Shown: positions 25,991 to 39,984, numbered from the stretch's first letter. The stretch: DNA of 64,000 nt from Octopus vulgaris (GCA_951406725.2 CATOCA020000001.1:11036001-11100000); one strand, 5' to 3'. Notes: generated by a model from the letters alone, not told the origin. Made by a program: numbers and translations.

Positions 25991-28900
25991 CGGACGTGCT
26001 GTCACTTCGGCTCCTAAGGTAATCGCTTATTTTGACTATTTATACCCCATATTTTGTGTACATTTTTGTAAATAAGGTGTGTAAGGCACCCAACTTTCGT
26101 TTGAGTGCTTTTCCAAGGGAGGAACTTGCCCCTAGGGACAGTTTCAACCCTATTAATTTGTGTAATTTTCTTCTCGACATTAAAAAATGTCGAGAAATTT
26201 TATTGTAGAACGCTGGTCGCGTTCTTTTATGGACCAGCATTTTCCTAGTCTGGAAACGCTAGGAGAAAAAAAGAACTCATGCACGCAAAGTGCAAACCTG
26301 AATGACGTGGTAGTGAACGTTGCAACCACTTGCGGTAACAGCCCTGTCACCACCACCACCACCACCACTAACAACAACAACAACAACAACGAGACTACTA
26401 CTGCTACCACCACCACCTCCACCACAACCACCACTACCACCACGACCAACATAAATGATAAAAATGAAACTCACGCGAATACTATTAACAAAAACAACAA
26501 CAAGAACAATAATAAATATGAAATAAATATCTTACTATCTAATAGTGAAGATGTTAATATAAAAGAATCAACAACACCAGTAAATTTCGCTGACACTCTG
26601 CGTCAGAAAAGGCAATAGTAACATTTACAAATGAAGAGCTAATAGAAACGAGAGCTCTCTTTACAACCCGTGGGCGGATTTAGTGCTGCATACACCTCAA
26701 CACATAAAGGAACAAATAAAAAATAAGACAATTATATATAAAATTATAAGAAAAAACAAAAAGCTAAATGAACAGATTACAAAAACGGATATAGAAAAAT
26801 GTTTAAAAAGCATAATGAAAAAAAAAGAATATATAAACTGGGGTCCCCAGTTTAACACAGTTGTGGTCCGCTTCCCTAACCAGGAAATGGCAAAACCTCA
26901 CTCTACGAGAGTCTTTGGAAAATGATGATATCAAAATGGTACCTTATTTCAAAGGCCAGAGAGTGAGTAGAATTACTATTAAAAATGTACCCCCCGAGAT
27001 CCCGAACAAATGGATAACAGGGGCAATCTGTTACCATTTGAAAAAGATCAATATTTTAGAAACAGCCGTGTACCTAAACGACAATTGGGGTGGAAAAACA
27101 GTAGTAGTGACCATCCAGATTGAGGGTGCCTCTATCGAGAGCCTACCCGATAGGATCCACCTAGAAAATGGGCAAAGCCTATATATTGTGGCAGAAGGCA
27201 AGAAGCCTAGATGCTACAACTGTGGCAGCCAAGTGCGCTCTAGCACAGAAAAAACAAGAAAGAACAAATCAGAAAACAAATAAAAAACCCTTGTTGCCAA
27301 CACCAACACCAACACACTCAATTATGGAACAATGCCAAGAAGAAAAACAACAAACCAGCAAACAAACCCCAACAACATCACCAAGAAAAGAAACAGTACC
27401 AACAAAATCACCAAGAAAAGAAACAGTACCAACAAAATCACCGTTGACGACGCAACCAATTTATCATGCTGAACCAAAAGATAGACCAACACCAACACCC
27501 AGGACGACAATTAAAAAGACAGAAATCAGTGACGAGAAGACAAATTCTACCCCTAACATCATAACAACACAAACACCGCACAAAACATCAACAATTTCTA
27601 CAAGCATACATAGTAACGCAAATGCCTTGCCTTTACCCCCTTCTGATACGTCGGACGACGAAAGTTCGACGGAACGGCAAATAGCCACAGGGGGTAAAAG
27701 GAAAAGATCAAAAAAGCCCACCAAACAAGGAAGTAAAGCAGGGAGATATTTAACTCCGGACAGCATCCCCCTAGACAATCAACAAATCAATGAACCCGCA
27801 AAACCATACACACAACTAACTGCAATAGACACAGACAATAAAAAATTAATGGATTACATTGCATCCAACACGGACATCTGTGAAGATGACTTTAAGACAA
27901 ACAATCATCCGCGCACCACACCACCGAAGCACATAAAAATTGTACACATAACACAAACACAACACCATACACTGAAAACAATATTTCCAAATGCGGTAGG
28001 CGGGTTTCAACGTTACCTCTCCAAAAAACTATACAAACACCTCATCAAAGACACTACAAAAGAAGAAGAAAAAAATGAAACTTTCGAAATGAGTAAGTGA
28101 CCTTCCCTCTTGCCTCTTGTCTCTTCCAATGTTTGTGTGTGAAACACAATTTTCGTAAACGTCAATTATGCTTAAATTAGGTTGTGTGAATGAGCGTGGC
28201 TTGGCGTCGGCTTGGAAGCAAGGTTACCTTCTAAACGACATCAAGTCACTGAACGTGGAAATAGTAGCTATCAGTGAAACCAGACTCAGCAAGTCGCGGG
28301 CCCTCGCGTCCATGTTTGGCGATCAATTTGACATTTATTTTTCTCCCTGTCTGCCGAACATGGGTGGTGGAGGTACCGCGGTGCTTTTTCGAAAGAGTCT
28401 AAATGTAAAAGTAAGAGCAATATTCCTAGACCCGGAGGGTAGGCTGGTTGTCTTGGACGTGGATGGCAGAAATGGGTGTGCATTCCGTCTGATGGCAGTT
28501 TATGCACCGTCCTTAACGGGTCGGGCGGATTTCTTCAGACGTCTAGAGGTTTTCCTGGGTACGTCTAGACCTTTACTGTGAGTAGGGGATTGGAACGCTA
28601 CCTTGGACACGCATCTAGATTATGTGGGAATGGATAGGAATAGAAGGGGGTGTAAGAGCCTCAAAGACCTACTCAGACGTTTCCATTTGTCTGACAGGTT
28701 CCGACTCGACAATCCGAACGTACCAACGTGGACTTGGACAAACCGCGTCGGATCGTCGAGATCTTATCTAGATAGAATTCTATGCAGGACAGCGGATAGG
28801 GATAGCGTAGGATGTCCACAATTTAAAATTGTCAGCTACACAGATCACAAATTTGTGACGTGTACGCTCGACTTAGATAAGACACATAGACAGGGTCCCG

Positions 28901-30470
28901 GTTACTGGAAACTGAACACGTCGCTCTTAGCGCGACAGGTTTACAGGAACCGGATTAGCGAGTTAATTAAGAGGGCGCTGACGGGAGCCGTCGTTAACAA
29001 TCGCTGGTGGTTCGCCCTGAAAATGGCAATGAAATCGGAATCAATTAGGTTTAGCAAGGAATTAGCGATAGATCGAAACAGAGTAGAGGGAGACCTGGTT
29101 AAGAAACTAGAAGACGCACTTACCACTGGCAGCGCAACCAACGTGTTGGCTGCGAGGATGGCCCTCGACCAACACCTCAACACCAAGCACGAAGGTTGCG
29201 TCGTCAGAGATAAAATGCGTGCCTTAAGGAACGAAGGGATCGAGGCTGCGCGAGAGGCCCGGGTAGCGGAGGCGCAGCGTGGCAACAGAGCCACCATTCG
29301 GTCTCTAATAGATCAACAGGGATGCAGTTTACTCGAACCCGAAAGGATGTGAGGCCTTTCAGCAGCACTTTGCTCGACTGTTTGGTGCGAGTGGTGGGTC
29401 GGAACGCGGGATGGATTTCAGTGCCTACCTGACCGACCCGCCGCGGCTCTCGGCAAGAGAAGCGAAGTGTTGTGAAAGTCCCATCACAGCCGCTGACGTG
29501 CGGGATGCGATGGCGGGCTGCGCGAGGGATAAGTCGCTTGGATTGGATGGTATACCCTACGAGCTGTATAGTCAAATGCCAGACTTGTTTGACGACCTCT
29601 TGGCATCAGTCTGCTGCAACTGGCAACAAAACGGGAGAATTCCCGGTTTCGTGAGCCGAGGTGCAGTGACGTTGCTGAAGAAAGACCCAAACAAGGGGAA
29701 TTTTATAGATAATTTCAGGCCCATCACTCTGCTCAACGCAGATTTGAAAATTTTGGCCAAAGTAATAGCCGAGAGGTTGGCGCTTGTGATTGGTAAACTG
29801 GTCGACAGGGCGCAAACATGCGCCGTACCGGGCAGAACCATACATGACAACCTCCATCTGATGCGCTACATTTTGGACAGGGTAGTTAAGGATCCTGGCA
29901 TAGGTGGGGCGCTGATAAATTTGGATCAGTCTAAAGCATTCGATAGGGTCGACCATCGGTACTTGGCGGCCGTCCTCAGGGCGGCTGGCTTCGGTCCCGT
30001 CTTCCGCGGTTGGATCGCTGCCTTGTATAGCGGCATCCGATCGGTGATTCGGGTGAACGGTCACCTGTCGAAACCGTTTGACATCACGTGTTCGGTCCGT
30101 CAGGGGTGTCCCCTGTAGGCGCTTCTGTATGTATTGACTCTCGAGCCGCTACTGCGAAAGCTGGCGACACCGAGGGGCATCCCACGGGAACTGGGTTGCG
30201 GGACGAGCGTGTCGGCACATGCGGACGATGTCACCGTCATAGTGTCGAGCGACAAACACATCCGGATGATAGGCGAGACATTAAGAAAATACGAAACGGT
30301 GAGGGGAGCGAAGATTAACCCGGAAAAGTCAGTGGGTTTGCTACTCGGCACCTGGAGAAGCAAACCTATGCCGTCCGACTGCGGCTCAGTAGTGGGACGC
30401 TGGACGGACGGACCGGTTAAATTGCTCGGGGTCTGGTTCAGTCCGGACCTCCAAATGGATAAGAACATCA
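25991..30470 (+). mobile_element. Tx1/L1-clade LINE with probable intact 5' end, ORF1 and ORF2 (APE endonuclease + RT); 3'-truncated and disabled
   Basis: ORF1 pieces 26187-28100 with partial knuckle KPRCYNCGSQ; ORF2 from 28168: MLKLGCVNERGL, AISETR, AVYAP, SYLDRI, YTDH, GPGYWKLN, LDQSKAFDRVDH, SVRQGCPL, HADD; stops and frameshifts. Confidence 0.92.
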
Positions 30471-30471
30471 A

Positions 30472-30912
30472 GTGTATGTGACTAACGAATGGAGATTGTT
30501 TAAAGACTCGAGTAAGGTTAGCCTCGAAGCTGTGTTGTTACATAATGGTAATGAAAAACCTTCCATTCCTGTGGGTCATGCTATCGGTATGGAAGAAACT
30601 TATGAATCGATGGAACTCATTCTGAAAGGAGTTAATTACTCAGTTCATAAGTGAAATATTTCTGGTGATTTAAAGATGATTTACCTCATCCTAGGACTGC
30701 AGCTGGAATACATCAAAAATATGCACTTCTTGTGTGTTTGGAATAGTCGTGATGACAGCAACCATTACACTGTAAAAGACTGCTCTAAAAGAGATCTGCG
30801 CATAATTGGTCGCTACAATGTGCAGCATGTGCCGCTGGTAAACCCAGAAAAAAATCTTCCTTCCACCCCTTCACATCAAAATCGCCTTCATGAAAAACTT
30901 TGTAAAAGCAAC
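30472..30912 (+). mobile_element. Chapaev3-type (CMC) DNA transposase fragment
   Basis: EWRLFKDSSKVSLEAVLLHNGNEKPSIPVGH, GDLKMI..LGLQ...FLCVWNSRD, PPLHIK-like...MKNFVKA. Confidence 0.7.
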
Positions 30913-31379
30913 GACACACGATGTAACTTAGCGGTTCGGCAAAAGACACCGATAGAATAAGTACTGGTCGATTTGCTCGACTAAAGGTGGTGCTCTAGCA
31001 TGGCCGCCGTAAAATGACTGAAAAAAGAGATTAAAAGAGCAAATAGCGACAAAAGTGTATTTTCTTTAAACTACCTTATTAAGGGAGATAACTAAAAGAT
31101 AACATCTTAGAGTTGCTTCCCTTGCGTCATATAAAACCGACGTGAGTGTTTCAAATTGAAATGGGTTCGTTTTTCGCTTGCGAAGGGGACACGAGCATTG
31201 GCGCACCAACAGACACACATACGCATGCAAGCTTCCTGCTGATACCTTTAACAATTAAACATCAACTAGCTTATAATTTACATTTAATTACACGCCACAA
31301 CTATATAAAGTAATAACAATATCTAGTACAAACCTTTGTTATTATTTTGTTTCAGATATGCGTGTCTGAGTATATACAC

Positions 31380-31514
31380 CTATGTATGTATGTATGTATG
31401 TATGTATGTATGTATGTATGTATGTATGTATGTATGTATGTATGTATGTATGTATGTATGTATGTATGTATGTATGTATGTATGTATGTATGTATGTATG
31501 TATGTATGTATGTA

Positions 31515-31581
<67 letters not shown>

Positions 31582-31722
31582 ATGTATGTATGTATGTATG
31601 TATGTATGTATGTATGTATGTGTGTGTGTGTATGTATGTATGTGTGTGTGTGTATGTATGTGTATGTATGTATGTATGTATGTATGTATGTATGTATGTA
31701 TGTATGTATGTATGTATGTATG

Positions 31723-31752
<30 letters not shown>
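31380..31752. repeat. (TATG)n/(TG)n microsatellite
   Basis: Directly visible. Confidence 0.95.
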
Positions 31753-31754
<2 letters not shown>

Positions 31755-31800
31755 GATATATATAGACATTTATAAAGGTATATATATATATTTTTTTTTA

Positions 31801-32120
31801 TTGACTCCGCCGGTTACGACGACGAGGGTCCCAGCTGATACGATCAACGGAACAGCCTGCTCGTGAAATTAACGTGCAAATGGCTGAGCGTTCCACAGAC
31901 ACGTGTACCCTTAACGTAGTTCTCGGGGATAATCATCGTGACACAGAGAGTGACAAGGCTGACCCTTTGAAATACAAGTACAACTCATTTTTGCCAGCTG
32001 AGTGGACTGGAGCAACGTGAAATAAAGTGTCTTGCTCAAGGACACAACGCGTCGCCGGAAATCGAACTCACAACCTTACAATCGTGAGCCGAATGCCCAA
32101 ATCAATAAGCCACGCGCCTT
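31801..32120 (-). mobile_element. tRNA-derived CORE-like SINE
   Basis: Minus: ggcgcgtggctta...gagttcgatttcc...gtgtccttgagcaagacactttatttcacgttgctccagtccactcagctg. Confidence 0.75.
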
Positions 32121-32193
32121 CACTTAAAGGTATATATAAAGATAGATAGATATATAGATAGATAAATAGATAGATAGATATATAGATATATAG

Positions 32194-32239
<46 letters not shown>

Positions 32240-32240
<1 letters not shown>

Positions 32241-32474
32241 TACTTGTTTCAGTCATTCGATGCGGCCATGCTGGAGCACCAGCTTTAGTCGAGCAAATCG
32301 ACCCCGGAACTTATTCTTTGTAAGCCCAGTACTTATTCTATCGGTCTCTTTTGCCGAACCGCTAAGTTACGGGGACGTAAACACACCAGCATCGGTTGTG
32401 AAACTATGTTGGGCGGACAAACCCAGACAGAGAAACATACACACACACACACACATACATACATACATACATAC

Positions 32475-32511
<37 letters not shown>

Positions 32512-32660
32512 TATATACGACAGGCTTCCTTCTGTTTCCGTGACAAAGCTTTGGTCGGTCCGTAGGCTATGGTAGAAGACATTTGCCCATGGTGCCACGT
32601 AGTGGGATTGAACCCGGAACCATGTGGTTGGTAAGCGAGCTACTTCCCATACAGACACTT
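32240..32660 (-). mobile_element. tRNA-derived SINE (15190 family)
   Basis: Reverse complement of 15190-15625. Confidence 0.8.
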
Positions 32661-32948
32661 CTGTTTATTAACCTGACAACAAGTTGAAGGTGAGCTCTGA
32701 CTGGTTGTATGCAAATGAGTTCATTAATGGCATCCGGAACACTCGTGGGAGAAAAAAAAAATTCGCGGCTGGGTCAAATGAGACGATGCGACCACCTTGG
32801 GTATGGGTGGACTGTGCTCACACACGCGCAAACACCCACACATATAGATACATGCAAAGACGCACACTCGTAGATATTTATGCTTTAAAAATGTTGACCT
32901 TAAAACCGTGACATTCTGAAGAAATTGTATGAGTGTGTGGGTCAGCCA

Positions 32949-32991
<43 letters not shown>

Positions 32992-35013
32992 TTCATTTCT
33001 GTTTCGCTGAATTTGTGAAAGAGGGACGGAGAAGTTGTTGACATCGATGACAATTTTCGTATATTGCTTCTTTTTTTTAAATTTTTTCAGTCATTAAATT
33101 GCGGCCATGCTGGGTTACCGCCTTGCAGTATTTTTAGTCGAACCAATTGACCTCATTAAAGTACATTTTTTCAGCCTGGTAAGTATCCGCTCAGTATATA
33201 TATATATATATATACGCAGTCTTTAAATCGTAGTCTTCGTTTCTGCTGGGGGTTCTTTCCATCAAGAAGTTTAGCATATAGCATCTGTTTAGGGATCCTC
33301 TGATCATTAATCTAAAGAAAATGTCCAGTCCATCATTATACTCTGTGCTTTTATAATTTGACAAATTCAACCTCTCTTCTCTGGGCAACATATTTTCCTT
33401 TTGATGCTTTTAAAATATGAAAATTTCTTTGACAGTCATTGACCAGAACAAGATGAAGATCTCAGTCAGTAAAGGAATTTGTCTGGGGTCATCAAAGTTT
33501 GAAGTTATTCTTTTTAGTTTTATTAAGTCACTAAAAGTCTTACGTTTTCTCAATTTATAGAAAACTAACACTTTTATAAATGAGTTTATTGTTATGCATT
33601 AAATGTTAAACTAAATTTGCTCCAGCTGGTCTATATAAACAGTAACCTATAGCTTTGAACAGCTTTATTATTTTGTTGTGTATTTACATGGCATATAATG
33701 TGTGAATAGAATTTCTCCCCCAGTTATCTAAGCAAAAAATCAGAAACTTATGTTATCAATTTATTAAGAATAATTTTGTACAAAGTTTGATACAAAATAA
33801 TTTTGTTGTGTCTGGGGAGAGTCATTCTCTTTTAGTGCCTTATTATTTAACACACTCACCGGTAAAATTTCGTTTTGCTTTAATAGTAATTATCAATTTC
33901 TGAATAAAGTTTCTTTTTATCTAATTTAAATATCTTGATTATTTAATTTGAAAACAATCAGGTTTGTTCACTTCTATCACAAAAGAATCCAATAAAAAGT
34001 GGAGAATACTTATGAATCTTCCTTTCCAATTCCACAAAAGTCTGCTCGGTAGAGCTTCCTGTCACATCTTATAATGTACATAAAGGTCTCATGTGTTTTA
34101 CTTATTTAATCTTGGTCTCTGCTGTAAGAACTTGAAATCTAATTTCAAATTAAAATAACAGTGGAGTAATATGAAGGTAAATATTGTAAGGAAGAATTGT
34201 ACTCTTCCTTTATCTGAAGTTATTTAAAAAGAGGGAGACACATGCAATTAAAACAACAAATGTTGTGTCATTATTTTATTATCTCAGACTTTTTCAGCAC
34301 AGCTATTGTTTAATTATAATTTTTTTGATTTATTTTCATATGTATAATAGTGAAGTTTTATTTTTACTGACGAAAATTTCAGTAATTAGTAAATAACGAA
34401 GGTCATAAAGTAAGAATATAAAATTAAAATATTGTATATTGAACTCAAAACCCCCTGAATTTTTATTCAACCACCACCACTTTGGAGAGGCCTGTCTTAA
34501 ACCACAACAGGACAAAGTGAGAAATATCCTTAGATACATCATGTATTATATAGAAATACTATCTCTATAGGATATATAAAGGGAAAAGACATCAATATAT
34601 ATATATATATATACCAGGCATTCTACTCTCAGCTAAAAATGAAGGTAGATAACTATCAATATAGCAGAAGATATTAAAGCTGTCTATATAACAATGGGGT
34701 TGCTTAGGGAGGGGATTAGATATACAACAACAGCAACAACAATAATGAACATTTCAAAGTTTGTCTTTATTTTAAATGTGAATTTTTAACAAAGGAGCCA
34801 AACCAGTGAAGGGATCACTATGTGGTTGATATACCTGCTAGAATTAGCAGCTAAATTCACACGATATCACTGTACAGAAGGGCATATTGGACAATGTGGT
34901 TGTGGGTTCTCTTTGGAAATAGGCATGATGGTCTTGGCTGGCATGCGTTTGATCATAAGTCTCTGTTTGGTCGAGGTTAATCTGAGGCTAAACAACAACA
35001 GTTACACAGAAAT

Positions 35014-35213
35014 TCACTTTGCGTCTAATGACAGACATTCCATCGCAGCGACACATTCAGCTTCTTCAAGAGCTGCACGTAATGTTGCGTGTGTCCGTGT
35101 TTCTGGGTCGCAATTCCTGTACCATTCGTAAAGCATCAGGTAGCCTTGTTTTACAGCGTCAATAGACTCATCATCAATTTTCAGTTTAGTTGTATCAACT
35201 CCTAAAAAAATCG
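35014..35213 (-). CDS. ANK-RING-death domain gene, last coding exon (death domain C-terminal part)
   Basis: Acceptor tttgcAG at 35215-35214, phase 1; (A)IFLGVDTTKLKIDDESIDAVKQGYLMLYEWYRNCDPETRTHATLRAALEEAECVAAMECLSLDAK*; death-fold pattern L..W...T...L..AL. Confidence 0.85.
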
Positions 35214-35489
35214 CTGCAAAAGACACAACAATAAGAAATAAATGCAACAACATTGACAATATTAACAATATTGACAATAATATAAAAGATGTGTGTTGTT
35301 ATAAACATAACAAAGAAACTATTTCAAGAGAGAAATATAAAAAAATAGCTAAGAAACAAGAAAAATATAAGACATTGTTTTCTATTTCTAGGGATGATGA
35401 GAAAAATAACAAAGTGGTTAAATTAAAGGTGATTTAAAAAAAAACATTAATTGAAGTTTACACTTGAGAATCTTTTAAGGTTAACCGAT

Positions 35490-36300
35490 GGCAGATGTGT
35501 TTGTGAAGGCAAAAGTGCATGAGAACCTAAAGAATCAACATAGGGTACCAACAGGCAAACCATTTGATCCATTCATTTCCTCTGCTCAATATTTCTGGGA
35601 GAGTTGTGGGGATAGAGTCCCCTGGCATTTCTTCCATAGGGGCCTATCAGATGTAACCATCATTACATATTTTGGTTGGATTCCCAAGCATCAACAACTA
35701 AGTCTATGGATATCATCTAACTATTTAGTGCTTGGTCTACCCCTGGGTCTCCTACTCCATTGGTTTGACTTTGAGAACCTGTCTTGTAATTCATTCCTGC
35801 GACATTCTGATCACATGTCCTAGGTACCAGAGATGTGAAGAAGTGGCTCAACCTGGAGAGACTCCCAAATCTCTGAACTATAAATCCTATTGAGTAACAT
35901 TACTCCAAAGACCCTTCAGAAGAATCCCATATATCTGTCTTAATCTGGCAGATTTCAGATCTGATATTCAAAGGGTCATGAAAGTAATGTCTCTCTGTGA
36001 AATCAATCACCTTGCAAAGTTCCCAAAATGACACTGAAAATCAAATGAGTAATGATAGACCAACAGTCGATTATTCTAAGTCAAATTCAATCCTTTTTGA
36101 ATCTACTCCAGATTCAATCAATTCTCCTGAACCCATTCAGTTATTCTTATGTCTCAGTGAGAGAGAGACCAGCCATGGTCTGGCTTCACTTGTGAATATT
36201 CATTTTCTGTCAAATTTCCTTAAAGCCATTCTCTCTTTTTGGATGTGGGGAATATGATATGATTTGGCTGTGTCACCCCTATACTAAGTCTGTTTTTACT
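35490..36300 (-). mobile_element. Degraded RTE-like LINE fragment
   Basis: Minus RRPRGRPSTK*LDDI...LGIQP at ~35680-35760, typical of RTE C-termini. Confidence 0.5.
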
Positions 36301-36394
36301 GAAGCATTTACAAACATATGTCATGTGGTAAAGTCATTCCAATATGGCAATATAAAAGAGAGAATACCAAACTAATTCCCTATGGATACCGTAT

Positions 36395-36696
36395 TTATTA
36401 CAACGAGTGGCTTGTAAACGTATCTAACGAGCGAAAGTGAGTTAAATAAACGACCATATTTTATTAACCCAATAACTAAATTCTTCACGTTTAGTTGTTA
36501 CTTATGAATGACAAAAGAAGTGCCGTCACCGGGACCTCGGGTCATCACCATGAATTGACCAATTAGAAGCAGCGCTGTCACCGTTACCTCGTGTCATCAC
36601 CATGGATTGACCAATCAGAAGCAGCGCTCGTAGTATCTGACATATGTTAGATACCAAAAATATCTCAAAGTGTTCTCAATCACATGTGTGTAATAA
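36395..36696. mobile_element. Small non-autonomous element, possibly Crypton-like, with a 53-bp internal tandem duplication
   Basis: Inverted ends ttattaca...tgtaataa; aacgagcgaaagtgagtt motif; duplicated gtcatcaccatg.attgaccaat.agaagcagcgct. Confidence 0.45.
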
Positions 36697-37067
36697 TTGC
36701 AAGTATCACTTTCAAACACAATAACCCAATCCCTAATGGCTTCAAGAAGACCCTAACTCATGGTCTTTTGATGGAGTAAAGACGAACCAAAAACGTTGTC
36801 ATTAACTCAGCTGTTTACCCTTAACATATTTTTCTTCTTTCTTCCAATATTAAATGCTACTTGTATTTTCTTGTGTATCCATAATTACCAACCTCAGTGG
36901 ATACTTTATGAAATACCAGTAATATCATTAATAGAATTTATTTTGCAGCTAACCATTCCACTGGAAATTAGGAATGTAACCTGTTCTCTTTCATCCTGAC
37001 AAATGAAATAGCTCAGGTGAGTGTAAAATTTATAGAAATCAATTAGGTAGTGTAATTTTATACTCAC

Positions 37068-37139
37068 CTACTTGCCACCAATCTCTTCCTAACCTCTTAG
37101 CCACTCTCAGAAGATCTTTCTCCTTCAGCTCTGGACTCC
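37068..37139 (-). CDS. ANK-RING-DD gene exon (72 bp, phase 1-1), death domain N-terminal part
   Basis: tttcAG|GGAGTCC...CAAGTAG|GTGAGT; (G)SPELKEKDLLRVAKRLGRDWWQV matches the death-domain L..VA..LG.DW motif. Confidence 0.88.
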
Positions 37140-37899
37140 CTGAAATAAATATTTCCAAATTTTATAATTTATACTAAATTTCTTAATCTTTATTCTTGAG
37201 CCATGCTTATCATCAATGGTCAACTGGTGACCACTATGATTTTGGTCAACCTTTTTAATCTATGTAATAGCTCAATATTTTGGTCCACAACAAAATAGAT
37301 TCAACTTCTTAAACTTCGTCTCTCTATCAAGACATCCTACATAATCTAACACCGTTGCATTTATCACATTTAATTATCATTTGATAAGACTATTTTTCTC
37401 ACAGTTCTCTATTTCCCTTCTTATATCTGTACCAAACCTTTGACATGACTTCACTCACCAACATTTTTCTCATCTTCTGCTTAATTCTAATGTCAAACAA
37501 GGTGGTTTCCAAAGACCTAACCACAAATACACAGCATACACCTGACATCTTTGTTAAGGGTTGATGTTGGTAATCTTGAATCGTAACTCCGCACATCCCA
37601 GTTCACAAGAACATCATCTGATTCAGGAAATATTTTAAGACTCCTTAATAAAGAAGTTCTTTAAAACCCTTTATTCCCCAAAAGTTTTGGCTTATCTATT
37701 GCTTATAAGATGTCTTCTTTTTGTGCTATTATCTCGATGCCTCTACTCTTGTGGGACAATGAGGTAGTGTACCATCACCCTAAACAGTTTCTCTTTAACC
37801 TTTGACATGCTTTATTCTGCTACTTTGAATTTCACTTATTTCTGCTGAGCTTTGGCCAATGACGGCAACATTTATTTGCCTTCAACCCTATTCTTGACC

Positions 37900-38365
37900 A
37901 ACTAATTAATTAATACAGTCTATTCAGAACTATTTGCGTATCCTTTTGCTCTGTTGTTTGTGTTGTTATGTCATCCATTAATGTCGTCTTAGGGGACTTC
38001 ACTCGAGTTATTTCTTCTGATCAATCTGCTGATCTAATAAACATTTCCATAACAAGTACAAACAAAATGACTGATATTGTACAACCCACGGCAATTCCAG
38101 TCTCCAGACGATGCGAGTCTGTTGTGAAATATTCTGTCCTGAAGCGCATTTTGAAATTATTACAGCAACTCTTCATTAGATTCTTAATCTTTTCTCGTAT
38201 ATAAAAGACGTCCGTTGTTTTCAGCAACAATTCGTGTAGTACAGAACGATAAGCATTAACCTGATCAAGCCATACAACATTCAAATCGCTTTTGTTCTTC
38301 TTTGTATCTTGTATCGCATCCCAGATTCAAAATGCAAGTTCCACACATTCAGGGATTCCTGTCTT
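37900..38365 (-). mobile_element. HERO/R2-group RT fragment
   Basis: LNVVWLDQVNAYRSVLH...RLETGIAVGCTISVILFVLVME...LMDDIT. Confidence 0.75.
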
Positions 38366-38369
38366 CTCT

Positions 38370-38589
38370 CTTTTACTCTTTAATCTTTTATTTGTTTCAG
38401 TCAGTTGACTGTGGCCATGCTGGAGCACCGACTTTAGTCGAGCATATCGATCCCAGGACTTATTCTTTGTAAGCCTGGTACTTATTCTATTGGTCTCTTT
38501 TCTCGAACAAATAAGTTACGGGGACGTAAACAAACCAGCATCGGTTGTCAAGTGATGTTGGGGGAACAAACACAGACACACAAACTTAA

Positions 38590-38629
<40 letters not shown>

Positions 38630-38800
38630 ATATATATACATATATGCGATGGGCTTCTTTCTGTTTCCGTCTACCAAATCCACTCACAAGGCCTTGCTCG
38701 GCCCGAGGCTATAGTAGAAGACATTTGTCCAAGGTGCCACGCAGTGGGAATGAACCCAGAACCATGTGGTCGGTAAGCAAGCTACTTACCACACAGACAC
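38370..38800 (-). mobile_element. tRNA-derived SINE (15190 family)
   Basis: Reverse complement of 15190-15625. Confidence 0.8.
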
Positions 38801-39248
38801 TCTTTAATAGAATTACTTTACAGTTAAACTTTCAAAAAACGCAATTTTTTACATTATTGAGAGACATTCCTATCAGCAATGGTCAATTGGTAACCATTAT
38901 GATTTTGGTCCACATTTTTCTAGTTTCTGTTCACCTGTTTACCCCTAAACAACAACATATCTTAGTTCTTGGTTCCAAAAGACAATATTAACTCTATTGT
39001 GTTTTCTAATTTATCCATTTTTCCATCCAAGGCAACAAAGATTTTATGAAATTTCAGCGATATATTTCATCGACTCCTTTTGCAGCTAACATTTCAAATG
39101 GAGATTAGAGATGGGCCCTGTTCTCAGTCCTTCTGACAAACAAAACAGCTCAGGGAGTGGAGAATTTATAGGAATCAGTTAGGTACATTGATTTCTATAA
39201 ATTTTTCCATTGCTTGTGTTTTATGGCAACGAATTGGTCATAGCAAGT

Positions 39249-39460
39249 GGAGGCGCAGGGCTTAATGGTTAGGGTATTTGACTCATGATTGTAAGATTGG
39301 GGTTTCGATTCCTTCACCAATACGTTGCGTTCTTGAGCAAAACACTTCCATTCACTCAGCTGGCAAAAATAAGTAATTTTACAGCGAACTAGTGTCCTGT
39401 TCAGGGAGGAATGTATACGCTAGAGAAACCGGGAAACCAACCCTATGCCTCTTATGGGAT
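39249..39460 (+). mobile_element. tRNA-derived CORE-like SINE, diverged
   Basis: ggaggcgcagggcttaatggttaggg...gttcttgagcaaaacac...cactcagctggcaaaaat. Confidence 0.65.
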
Positions 39461-39492
39461 AACATAATTAGGTACAGTTATTTCATACTCAC

Positions 39493-39543
39493 CAACTGGT
39501 CCTGCCACCATCTGGACTTCCATCTTTGACGAATTTGGACCAA
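39493..39543 (-). CDS. ANK-RING-DD gene exon (51 bp, phase 1-1), linker
   Basis: tttttcAG|TTGGTCC...CCAGTTG|GTGAGT; (V)GPNSSKMEVQMVAGPV; phase matches the next exon. Confidence 0.75.
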
Positions 39544-39984
39544 CTGAAAAATACATTTCAAAGTGGTTTTAGTAAAATTTCTTTATCCTTTCTAATAATC
39601 GATATTTTATTATTGTGAGACATTCGTGTCATCACTGATGACAACATGCTTTTGGAGAACATTTGTATGCTTTCTACAGTGGGGCCAAGTAATGGTTCAC
39701 TATTTGAGTCCACAACAGAATAGACTACACTTAACAACCCTTCTCCGTCTCTTAAGTCATCCAACAATTCTAACAATTCTGAAATTATCTCATTTAATTA
39801 TCCCCTAATAACCGATTTTCTCTTAGCTTCGTTTGGGTTTTCTTATATTTGTGCCAGATCTATGACAAGACATCTCTAATCAACATTCGTCTCATCTTCT
39901 GCTTAAATCCAGTGTCAACCAAGTTGAGCATCGAAGTCCTAGCCTCAAACACGACATACCACTTCCAGACGGATATATATCTAT

